Of a DNA stretch of 64,000 nt, positions 10,238-18,412 are shown piece after piece. Positions within the stretch are counted from its first letter, which is position 1, and each line of letters begins with the position of its first letter. The position numbers and the translations under genes were made by a program. Below the pieces are notes generated by a model. The model was not told the origin of the DNA and searched no databases. It saw only the letters and a list, made by a program, of their open reading frames with translations. Origin of the DNA: Candidatus Methylomirabilales bacterium (GTDB lineage Bacteria > Methylomirabilota > Methylomirabilia > Methylomirabilales > CSP1-5); assembly GCA_046758505.1 (NCBI GenBank), contig JBHIAH010000001.1, positions 32,001 to 96,000 of the forward strand, written 5' to 3'.

Positions 10238-13126
10238 CTACACGATTGCCTCCGCCAATACCTGAGCAGGATGTTTCGCCCAGCGGCCGGTCCCGTGCAG
10301 GATCTGCTGCCGGCAGGAGACCCCCGAGGCGACGATCTCCACCTGCGTCCCGGCCTTCTCAATTGCCGGAAACAGGCGCTGCCGGCCAATAGCAACCGAG
10401 AGGTCGTAGTGCTCTCTCTCAAAACCGAAGGAGCCTGCCATCCCGCAGCAGCCCGCATCCACCTCTTCCACACTGAGGCCGGGGATCAGGCGCAGAAGCT
10501 CGATGGTCGGTCGGGCCCCGACCAGGGCCTTCTGATGGCAGTGGGCATGCAGGAGCACGCGTCCTTCGATTGGCCGAAAGGCTTTGCGCAGCTCATCCTG
10601 GCCGTGACGCTCGAGGAGGAACTCCTCGAGGAGAAAGCCCTGCCGTCCGACCGCCTCCGCCACCGGAGCCTCGAGCAGGTCGCGGTACTCATCCCGCAGC
10701 GTCAGGAGGCAACTCGGCTCACATCCCACGATGGGGATTCTGGCCTCCACGAAGCGCGACAACCGATCCGCCGTCGCCCTGGCTTGCCCGACCGCCTCTC
10801 CGAGAAGTCCCTTGGAAATGAAGGTGCGCCCGCAGCAGCCCACATCCGCCAGGATTACCTGATAGCCCAACCCCTCCAGAAGCCTGGTTACCGCGATCCC
10901 GACCTCGGGGTAGTGATAGGTCATGAAGGTATCGGGAAACAGTGCCACTTGTCCTTTGGCGCCCGGCGGCGACCCGCCCCGCCTTTGAAACCATCCGGGG
11001 AAGCTCACGGAGGCGAAGGGGGGCAACGGACGTCGCTTTTCGATCCCCACCAGATGGTGGAGCAGCCACCGGGTCCCGGGGAGCGCCGTCGCCCAGTTCG
11101 AGAGGGGAGCCAGCCGGCTCCCCCACCGCCCCAGGGTCGCCGCGTGGGCGAAGAGCCGCACCCGCAACGGGACACCGTTTCTCTCGTAGTACCGGGCGAG
11201 GAACTCCGCTTTCAGCTTGGCCATATCGACGCCCGTGGGGCACTCCCGCTTACAGGCCTTGCAGTCGAGGCAGAGATCCAATGCCCCGTAAAGCCCGGGC
11301 CCGCTCAGGGCCTCGGGGGGAAGTTCCCCCGAGAGCGCCGCCCGTAAGAGATTGGCCCGCCCGCGCGTACAGTGTTCCTCCTCGCGGGTGACCATGTACG
11401 AGGGGCACATGGTCCCCTCCACCTTCCGGCAGTTCCCGACCCCGGTGCATCGCTCGACGGCCGCCGCGAACCCCCCTGCTTCCCGGAACGAATGATGCGT
11501 CCCCACGGCGGCCGTCCGATACCCCGACCCGTATCGGAGCTGGCCGTTGACCTGGGGCGGATCGTCGCTCACGATCTTGCCGGGATTGAGCATACCGTGC
11601 GGGTCCAGGAGGACCTTCACCTCGCGAAAGGCCTTTTCGAGCCCCCCGTACTGCCCTCCGATGTAGCAGGTCCGGGCCAGCCCATCCCCGTGTTCCGCGC
11701 TGATCGTCCCCTTGAGATCCCACACGATCCCGTGGGCCTCCTCGGCCATGGCCCGGATCATGGCGATGTCCCGCGCGTCCTTGGGATCGAGCAGGGGCAG
11801 GATGTGGAGATTGCCGTCGCCGGCGTGCCCGTAGACGCCGGCCGTGACGTCATATCTCTTCAGGAGCTGTCGCATCCTGCCGATGAAGTCGGGCAGCCGG
11901 GTGGGATGGACGGCAGCATCCTCGATGAAGGCCAGCGCCTTGCGGGGGCCTTTCATCTTGCCGATCACGCCGCCTGCCACCTTCCGGACCGCAACGATCT
12001 TGGCCTGATCGTCCGGGGACGTGGCAAGGAGCATCCCGGTGGCGAGGCGGCGTTCCTCCACAAGCTGCCTTCGCGTGGCGGCCATCCGAGTCTCAACCTC
12101 CTCGGGGTGTTCCCCCTCATGTTCGAGGATCAGGATCGCCTCGATCCCCTCCGGGAGGAACGGGCGCAGCTCGGGAGCTTCCCGGCGGCTGAGATCAAGA
12201 AGCTGCCGTTCCAGGATCTCGACCATGCTCGGCCGATGCTCACGGAGGACCACCACGGCCTCCCCCATCTTCTCGAGAGAGTCAAAGCTCAGCAGCGCGA
12301 TGGTCCAGTTTCGGGGATGATCCAGAACCCGGAAGGTCGCCTCGGTAAAGATCCCCAGCGTCCCCTCCGAGCCGGTGAAGAGCTGGCCGAGGTCCATGAT
12401 CCCGTTTTGGGCCAGACGCCACAGGTTGTACCCGCAGTTGTTGTTGGTCACCTCTGGGGCTTTCTCTTTCAACTGATCCCCGAAGCCTTCCAGGATGCTC
12501 AGGAGGCCTTGATAGATCGGGCCCTGCACCCGGTCCCGGAGAAGGGCCTGAAGTCGAGCGCTGTTCCGATCCACCGGCTCGGTCCGGATGAGGTCGCCGC
12601 TGGCAAGGACGACATCCAGGGAGGCGAGGTAGTCCCTCGTGGTCCCGTACTTGACCGAATGCGCCCCCTTGCTGTTCGTGGCCAGCATCCCCCCCAGGGC
12701 ACAGACATCCCCGCTCGAGGGATCGGGAGGAAAGTACTTGTCATGCGGCTTCAGCGCCCTCGTGAGAGACGTGAGTGTGCAGCCGGGTTCGACCCGAACT
12801 CGACTGTTGCCGGGATCGAGTTCAAGGATCCGGTGCATGTACCGGGTGAAATCGAGGACGATGCCTGCCCCCAGCTCTTGCCCACACCGGCTGGAACCGC
12901 CCCCCCGCGGAATCAGGGGAATGCCCCGATCCGCAGCGTACCGCACCGTGAGGATTACATCCTCGCGGTGCTTCGGAAAGACCACGCCGAGCGGCTTGAT
13001 CCGATACATACAGGCCCCGGTGCTGTACAGCACCCGGGTCACCTCGTCGAACCGCGCATCCCCCTCGACGAGGTTCCGCAGATCAGCAGCAATGGCCTGA
13101 AGTTGTGCCGGTCCTACATCCGGCAT
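10238..13126 (-). CDS. FAD-binding, Fe-S-containing oxidoreductase (GlcD/GlcF-like fusion, 2-hydroxy-acid dehydrogenase family)
   Basis: PRGGGSS, PPDPSS, GSEGTLG, GHAGDGNLH, SAEHGDG, CTGVGNC, CLDCKACKRECP, CCG domains. Confidence 0.92.
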   Translation of the reverse strand: MPDVGPAQLQAIAADLRNLVEGDARFDEVTRVLYSTGACMYRIKPLGVVFPKHREDVILTVRYAADRGIPLIPRGGGSSRCGQELGAGIVLDFTRYMHRILELDPGNSRVRVEPGCTLTSLTRALKPHDKYFPPDPSSGDVCALGGMLATNSKGAHSVKYGTTRDYLASLDVVLASGDLIRTEPVDRNSARLQALLRDRVQGPIYQGLLSILEGFGDQLKEKAPEVTNNNCGYNLWRLAQNGIMDLGQLFTGSEGTLGIFTEATFRVLDHPRNWTIALLSFDSLEKMGEAVVVLREHRPSMVEILERQLLDLSRREAPELRPFLPEGIEAILILEHEGEHPEEVETRMAATRRQLVEERRLATGMLLATSPDDQAKIVAVRKVAGGVIGKMKGPRKALAFIEDAAVHPTRLPDFIGRMRQLLKRYDVTAGVYGHAGDGNLHILPLLDPKDARDIAMIRAMAEEAHGIVWDLKGTISAEHGDGLARTCYIGGQYGGLEKAFREVKVLLDPHGMLNPGKIVSDDPPQVNGQLRYGSGYRTAAVGTHHSFREAGGFAAAVERCTGVGNCRKVEGTMCPSYMVTREEEHCTRGRANLLRAALSGELPPEALSGPGLYGALDLCLDCKACKRECPTGVDMAKLKAEFLARYYERNGVPLRVRLFAHAATLGRWGSRLAPLSNWATALPGTRWLLHHLVGIEKRRPLPPFASVSFPGWFQRRGGSPPGAKGQVALFPDTFMTYHYPEVGIAVTRLLEGLGYQVILADVGCCGRTFISKGLLGEAVGQARATADRLSRFVEARIPIVGCEPSCLLTLRDEYRDLLEAPVAEAVGRQGFLLEEFLLERHGQDELRKAFRPIEGRVLLHAHCHQKALVGARPTIELLRLIPGLSVEEVDAGCCGMAGSFGFEREHYDLSVAIGRQRLFPAIEKAGTQVEIVASGVSCRQQILHGTGRWAKHPAQVLAEAIV

Positions 13127-13130
13127 GGAC

Positions 13131-13682
13131 CTACCTCACGGGGAGGCCGACCGCCTGCCCGGCTGCCCTGAGCGCCTGGAGGGCCCGGCGCCGGTCAGCC
13201 CCCTTGGTCTCCGCCTCGACGACTCCCTCGAGGGCTTCCCGGTCGACCGTCCCGGATAGAGCGGCAGCGGCGGCGGCGACCGGGAGGGCCGGGTCAATCC
13301 CGAACTGCTCCGCGACGCCTGTGAGGTCGGCGACCGCAACCCGGGCCCGGGTATTCAGATCCACCGCACCGGTGCTGTTGACCAGGAGGACTCCAGTGTC
13401 CTTGAGGCCCGCGGTGACATCGACCTCTTTCACGAGGCTGGCATCGGTCACCGCGACCAGGTCCAGGACGTATTCCTGCGAGTAGGTCTCGATCGGCTCC
13501 GTGGCCACCCGGAGGTGCGCCGCCTCGGGTGTGTAGCCCCGCAGGAAAAGCCAGGGGGGGCGCAACTGCGCCTGTTTCCCCTCGGCCAGGGCAGCCTGCG
13601 CTAAAAGCCGTGCGGCCTCGATGAAGGAAGCCAGATGGTCGTATCGGGGCAGCCGGCGCCCGTGGAAGCGAAGCTCTTTCAT
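13131..13682 (-). CDS. 2-oxoacid:acceptor oxidoreductase gamma subunit-like (divergent)
   Basis: MKELRFHGR start, AHLRVATEPI, GLKDTGVLLVNS; follows the alpha and beta genes. Confidence 0.75.
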   Translation of the reverse strand: MKELRFHGRRLPRYDHLASFIEAARLLAQAALAEGKQAQLRPPWLFLRGYTPEAAHLRVATEPIETYSQEYVLDLVAVTDASLVKEVDVTAGLKDTGVLLVNSTGAVDLNTRARVAVADLTGVAEQFGIDPALPVAAAAAALSGTVDREALEGVVEAETKGADRRRALQALRAAGQAVGLPVR

Positions 13683-14560
13683 CGGCCGGCCCCCCAGCTT
13701 TCATCCACCCGCCGCTGGAGGAGTTGGATCTCCCGGGGCGTAAGTCGTGTAAATCGCCGCTGGAGTCCCACGTACTCCGTGACCGGCCTGCGCCGCTTCG
13801 GCCGGTAGGTGAGCCTCATTCGGCCCTGTTCGACTTCGTACAACATCCACATCCCCGTCTCGACGGCCGCCCGGGCGACCTCCATCGTCTCCGCATGGGG
13901 ATAGCCCCACGAAATCGGACACGGGGTGAGGACATGCAGGTAGCGGAAGCCCCGGATCCGGGCTGCCCGGCGAAGCTTCGTGCGATAGTCCTCCAGGTGA
14001 GACACGGCGGCCGTGGCCACGTAGGGAACGCCATGCGCCGCCATGATGCGCGGCAAATCCTTTTTTAGCGTGGGGACACCGCCGGGAGTCGTCGGGGTCC
14101 GAGCCCCGGTCGGCGAGCTCGCGGTGCCCTGGCCCTGGGTGTTCATGGCCACTTCATTGTCGTAGCAGACATACAGGATGTTTTCGTTCCGGCTCGCCGC
14201 CCCGGAGAGGGCCTGAAATCCGATGTCGACGGTCCCGGAATCTCCGGCGAAGCAGACGACGTGCACGTCCCGCATCCCGCGGGCATCATAGGCATGTCGC
14301 AGGCCGGTCGCCGCCGCCGGCGCACTCTCGAAGATCCAGTGGACGAAGGGTACCTTCCACGACGCGCTGCTGTACGAGAGGCTGAAGGTGGCCGCACAGC
14401 TCGCCGGACTGATCACGGCCATCTTCGGCCCCAGGATCTCGGCCAGGAGGTCTGCCGTGGGGAGGGCCCCACACCCCTCGCAGGCCGTCCCCTTCATCAC
14501 CGGCGGCAGGCTGAAACGTCGCGAGCGGGGGATAGTCGGAAGCGGTCTGGTTGCTGGCAT
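13679..14560 (-). CDS. 2-oxoacid:ferredoxin oxidoreductase beta subunit (TPP-binding)
   Basis: ACEGCG, AGDSGTVDIGFQALSGA, YDNEVAMNTQGQ, YVATA, PCPISWG. Confidence 0.9.
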   Translation of the reverse strand: MPATRPLPTIPRSRRFSLPPVMKGTACEGCGALPTADLLAEILGPKMAVISPASCAATFSLSYSSASWKVPFVHWIFESAPAAATGLRHAYDARGMRDVHVVCFAGDSGTVDIGFQALSGAASRNENILYVCYDNEVAMNTQGQGTASSPTGARTPTTPGGVPTLKKDLPRIMAAHGVPYVATAAVSHLEDYRTKLRRAARIRGFRYLHVLTPCPISWGYPHAETMEVARAAVETGMWMLYEVEQGRMRLTYRPKRRRPVTEYVGLQRRFTRLTPREIQLLQRRVDESWGAGR

Positions 14561-14572
14561 GCGGATCCCTCC

Positions 14573-15802
14573 CTATCCGGCCCGGGCGAGGGGCCGGGCC
14601 TGGGGCGATTCGTCGCGTACGCGCGCCCGGTCAAGGCCGAGCCAGTCGATGGCGTCTTCCTCTCTGTCAAACGGGGGCTCTCGCTTGAGCACCCTGCGGG
14701 TGACTTCCATTACCTGGCGGACCGTCACATCCCGCCCCCCGAGGCCGGCGATGACCCCGACGATCCGCGGCGGCTCGGGGGCGCCGTACAGGGCCGACCG
14801 GATCTCCTCGTACAGAACTCCATGGCTCCCGGTAGCACAATTCCGATCGACGGCGATGACCACCTCCGCCCCCCGAATCGCCTCCCGAATCGCCTCCGTT
14901 GGGAAGGGCCGGTAGGCGCGGATCTTGAGGAGGCTCGCGGACACCCCCTCGGCCTGGAGCTCCCGCACCGCCCGGCGCGCCATCTTGGCGATCGATCCCA
15001 TGCAGGCCAGCACGGTGCGCCCGGCAGGTTCGGTCGTCTCGATGAGTCCGCGGGACTCGCCTCCGACAGCCTCGGCATATGCCCCGCCGACCTCGGGGAT
15101 GACGTCGAGGGCCGCCTCCATGGCCTGATGCTCGGCGAACTTGAATTCGGTGTACCACTCCGGAGGTGTCGGGGGGTTCAGGGAACGTGGCTTTGAGGGA
15201 TCGAGCAATGCCTCGACGTGAGGGCGTCCGAGAAATCGGTCCACCGCCCTGGCGTCGGGCACCATGACCCCCTCGGCAGTGTTCGAGTGGATAAAGGACT
15301 CGTAACAGAACATACCGGGCAGCCGCACCCGCGAGTCTTCGCAGATCTTGAAGAGCTGAATCCCCGTCTCGAGAACCTCCTGCGCGTCCTCGCAAAAGAG
15401 CTGGATCCACCCCGCCCGGTTCACCGCCAGGGCATCGTTGTGATCCGCGTACCGGCTGTGCGGGACCGAGATGGCCCGATTGACTACCGCCATCACGACG
15501 GGGCACCGGCCGCCCGAGGCGGTGTAGAGGTGCTCGGCCATGAAGAGGAGACCCTGAGAGTTCGTCGCGGTAAAAACCCGGCTTCCGCCCAGCGAGGCCC
15601 CCACGGCGGCGGCCATGGCGGCGTAATCTGATTCCATGTTGATGAATTCAGACTCGAGCAATCCCGACTCGACATCTCCGGCGATGACCCCGAGCATGGG
15701 GGATTGGGGGGTAATGGGATAGATCGGAATCACCTGGGGCTTCGAGAAACGTACCGCCCGGGCCGCCGTCTCGTTGCCGGTGAGAAGCTCTACCCTTCCC
15801 AT
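14573..15802 (-). CDS. 2-oxoacid:ferredoxin oxidoreductase alpha subunit
   Basis: Likely start MGRVELLTGNETAA at 15802 (the ORF track overextends to 16549); YPITPQS, TATNSQGL, VNRA. Confidence 0.9.
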   Translation of the reverse strand: MGRVELLTGNETAARAVRFSKPQVIPIYPITPQSPMLGVIAGDVESGLLESEFINMESDYAAMAAAVGASLGGSRVFTATNSQGLLFMAEHLYTASGGRCPVVMAVVNRAISVPHSRYADHNDALAVNRAGWIQLFCEDAQEVLETGIQLFKICEDSRVRLPGMFCYESFIHSNTAEGVMVPDARAVDRFLGRPHVEALLDPSKPRSLNPPTPPEWYTEFKFAEHQAMEAALDVIPEVGGAYAEAVGGESRGLIETTEPAGRTVLACMGSIAKMARRAVRELQAEGVSASLLKIRAYRPFPTEAIREAIRGAEVVIAVDRNCATGSHGVLYEEIRSALYGAPEPPRIVGVIAGLGGRDVTVRQVMEVTRRVLKREPPFDREEDAIDWLGLDRARVRDESPQARPLARAG

Positions 15803-16479
15803 CTCTTCTCCTCCATCTCCTCGTCCTCCCTCGCCTTGAGGTGGGCGAGGAGTGTCTCCTTCTTGCGGTGCACATGTTCCGCCACCAACCGTTCGGCCTG
15901 CTCCGGGTCCCGGTCCTTGATCGCCTGGAGGATCGCCCAGTGCTCCTGTAACCATTGCTTCCGGGCCCGGCCGACCTCCAGGGTGATCCGCCGGTAGCGT
16001 AGAATCTTGTCGTGGATCACCTGGAGGAGCTGCTGCAGCTGCGCGCTGCCGCTCAGGGCGTTGAGGCCGTCGTGAAACCGGGTGTTCCAACTCAAGAGTC
16101 GCTCGGGAGCTTCTGTGCCCACCAAGGCCTCGGATCGCCTCAGGACCTCCTCGACCTTCGCGATCCCCTCGGGCGTCGCCCGCTCGGCCGCCAGGCGGGC
16201 CGCGAAGCCCTCGAGCACCGCTCGGATGCGAAAGGTCTCCTCCACCTCCTCGAGCGACATCTCGCTCACGACCAGGCTGCTTCCCGGTCCCTTGGAGAGA
16301 AAGCCCTCCGCCTCGAGCCGTCGCATCGCCTCGCGGATCGGCGTCCGGCTGATTCCGAGGCGGCCGGCCAGCTCGGTCTCCACAATTCGAATCCCGGGGG
16401 CGAGTTCTCCACGGACGATGGCCTGACGGAGGGTGTCGTACACTTCTTCGCGCAGTGGACGGGGGACCTGGATTTTCAC
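15790..16479 (-). CDS. GntR family (FCD domain) transcriptional regulator
   Basis: LREEVYDTLRQAIVRGELAPG..ETELAGRLGISRTPIREA; FCD motifs R..LE, N.RFH, EH..I..AI...D. Confidence 0.95.
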   Translation of the reverse strand: MKIQVPRPLREEVYDTLRQAIVRGELAPGIRIVETELAGRLGISRTPIREAMRRLEAEGFLSKGPGSSLVVSEMSLEEVEETFRIRAVLEGFAARLAAERATPEGIAKVEEVLRRSEALVGTEAPERLLSWNTRFHDGLNALSGSAQLQQLLQVIHDKILRYRRITLEVGRARKQWLQEHWAILQAIKDRDPEQAERLVAEHVHRKKETLLAHLKAREDEEMEEKRWEG

Positions 16480-16512
16480 GGTGGGCCCCTGAGTGGAGGT
16501 ATTCGAAGATAA

Positions 16513-16536
16513 CTGTATACTGGATACAGTATACAG
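16513..16536. promoter_or_regulatory. Perfect palindromic operator upstream of gntR
   Basis: CTGTATACTG-GATA-CAGTATACAG (10-bp perfect inverted repeat); minus-strand TTGACA at 16544-16549. Confidence 0.75.
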
Positions 16537-16692
16537 ACGTGGCTGTCAATAGGAAAAAAGAAGTGGACCGGAGGTTCGAGTGGCCTCCGGTCCGAGACGC
16601 GACGGCATGCCAGGTTGCTTCAGGCAGAACGCAGACGAATGTCCTAACAAATCCTCTGGCGGGTCAAGGTTGCGGAGCGGTGGCTCGCTTCC

Positions 16693-17103
16693 TCACTTGG
16701 TCATACCATGCAAGACGATGATCTTCTCGGCAACATCCCCCTGCTCGCCGCGGCTCCATTCGATGCGTACACGGTCCCCAATCTTGATTTCCGAGAGACC
16801 GATCACCCGTCCATCCGCCTTCAGGACGGCGTCGGGCGACACCCTGGCTCCCACCGTCATGCTGTCACTTCCCCTGGGGATCTCGACCACGATCGTCCGG
16901 CTCGATGCCGTGACGGCGGCCACTGTTCCGGTATCCCCCCACTGCGCAGCCCCGGCCCAGGCCGCCCCCCCGATGAAGACCAGGCTTGCCATCATCGTAG
17001 CGAGACCCGTGCGACAACTCCTCCGTACCACTGCCATCACCCCCTCATTGCCTTTCCCACATTTCCCTCGACGCACGCGGGAGCCTGCCACCGCGACCCC
17101 CAA
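16693..17103 (-). CDS. Small exported hypothetical protein (beta-rich, OB-fold-like); true start probably near 17037
   Basis: Signal-peptide-like AWA-GA, GTVAAV..., LSEIKIGDRVRIEW. Confidence 0.6.
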   Translation of the reverse strand: MGVAVAGSRVRRGKCGKGNEGVMAVVRRSCRTGLATMMASLVFIGGAAWAGAAQWGDTGTVAAVTASSRTIVVEIPRGSDSMTVGARVSPDAVLKADGRVIGLSEIKIGDRVRIEWSRGEQGDVAEKIIVLHGMTK

Positions 17104-17341
17104 AATAGAAACTGTGTCAGGCTCCTCTCGTTGTCAATAGCTCTGAACCACACAAGTCTCTCTGACCTGCAGTGTCCTCATACTCGTCGGGTGATGCGTA
17201 TGGAGGGTTGCCGGTCACCAGGGGGGAGGGTGCACGATTCCAGGTCACCGATGCGGCTTCGACCGACACCTCGAATTGCAGGCAGGATCGCGACAGGGAC
17301 TGGACCAGTTCGAAATCAGATAGTTACGCCCGGAGGACACC

Positions 17342-17357
17342 TGGCACGCTGATTGCT
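17342..17357 (+). promoter_or_regulatory. Sigma-54 (-24/-12) promoter with no downstream ORF
   Basis: TGGCACGCTGATTGCT matches the consensus TGGCACG-N4-TTGC exactly. Confidence 0.75.
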
Positions 17358-17367
17358 ACGGTTAATA

Positions 17368-17457
17368 ATCGAAGGGGATCTCGATAGCCTCTCTCCTTCA
17401 AGATAGGGCCTCGGGGGCGGGCCTCTGACCCAAAGGGGAGCCCCCATTTTCTTTTTG
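17368..17457 (+). ncRNA. Candidate sigma-54-dependent small RNA (~90 nt)
   Basis: Starts ~12 nt after the -12 box; stem GAAGGGGA...TCTCCTTC, then GGGGGC...GCCCCC followed by ATTTTCTTTTT. Confidence 0.45.
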
Positions 17458-17695
17458 TCTCACCCGCCGACTTTCCCCCCCCTCCTGAATAAAAAAGGAA
17501 ACAGACTACTTTAATCTACAACATCATCTTGAGAGTAAAAGTCATATTCATACCTTATTCACCATGCATGCGTCGGGAAAGCACGAATAGCCCACGTAAC
17601 ATGAATGCCTGCTCACCCGTGCCAAGCCTTGGTGCAACCCCCAGGAACCTCTCCCTTGTTTCTGCCTAGCAAAGTCCCAGAAAGCCTCCTCCCCG

Positions 17696-18030
17696 AAAAA
17701 AAGAAAGCCCCGATGAAGCCTGCGGTCGGTGCCGAAGCTGCCGGACCGCCCCGCCGGTGAAAGCGGGACCATCGGGGCCGGTGGTGCCTGGGCCTTCCCA
17801 GGCAGCCACCCTGAGTTGTTACGGGTGCGCTGGCCTAGGAGGCCACCACCTCACAGATCACCATACATATTTCCACGACTGGATCACCTCCTCTCTCGGC
17901 GCACCCCACATCACGGGCCCAGTTCCCGTCAGCCCGAAACCGACCGCCGAAGTCGGCCTCGGACCTGGTCCGCCCTTGCCTGCCCCATTACAGGCGAGAA
18001 CGCGAAGGGGCCTGTGTCCACCCCAACCGC
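17696..18030 (-). ncRNA. Candidate large structured RNA with a 16S-3'-end-complementary loop and micro-ORF; no family recognised
   Basis: Own promoter; at least six hairpins including two cUUCGg motifs; 9-bp closing stem plus U-tract; AGGAGGUGAUCCAG in a loop. Confidence 0.65.
17835..17876 (-). CDS. Putative 13-aa micro-ORF MEICMVICEVVAS
   Basis: GTG...TAG, 14 codons, 10 nt after GGAGG within an extended Shine-Dalgarno sequence. Confidence 0.35.
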   Translation of the reverse strand: MEICMVICEVVAS

Positions 18031-18035
18031 GCCGC

Positions 18036-18064
18036 ATCATAGTGCACTTGATCCAACCTGTCCA
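18036..18064 (-). promoter_or_regulatory. Sigma-70-type promoter for the structured RNA
   Basis: TGGACA (18064-18059), 17 bp, TATGAT (18041-18036); A-rich tract upstream on the minus strand. Confidence 0.7.
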
Positions 18065-18412
18065 GCATTTCTTGCATCCCCACCCCAAATTTTTTTCCTT
18101 CCGACCACGTCCCTGACCTAGCGGATCGTGCACCTCTCCACTGGCTCCCCGAACTCTCGCCCCCGTCCGCACCGAAAGGTACATCGCACGCCTGACCCCC
18201 CGGCTTCATGGCGAGTCGCTGATGCGTCTTGGAATGAATCCCGAGCGCTTTATGGTAAGATGACGAACGAAGCATACGATATGGACGGCCTCCAAATTTG
18301 TTTCCGAAAATTACCCACGCGCTCCGGGACGAACCTGGGTTAGCTCTGGTGTGAAAGATGCACGACCGTTCAGGATCGCCGTCCATTACGCAATTCAAGA
18401 GGATCGGAGCGG

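Noticed and set aside
11372..13171. Long antisense ORFs (599 aa here; also 34135..35778, 18395..19666, 52917..54236)
   Set aside because: They are shadows of well-supported genes on the opposite strand, expected in high-GC DNA, and show no motifs.
15803..16549. N-terminal extension of the 658-aa ORF 14573..16549
   Set aside because: It overlaps the gntR gene in another frame and is low-complexity; the OFOR alpha homology begins at 15802.
17879..17896. 16S rRNA gene fragment (CTGGATCACCTCCTCTCT on the plus strand)
   Set aside because: The match is limited to the terminal ~18 nt; the upstream 16S helix 44/45 sequence is absent, and the promoter and terminator point to minus-strand transcription.
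17696..18030. tmRNA, RNase P RNA or SRP RNA
   Set aside because: No tRNA-like acceptor or T-arm with CCA, no GAGGAAAGUCC, and no SRP GGAA-loop domain were seen.
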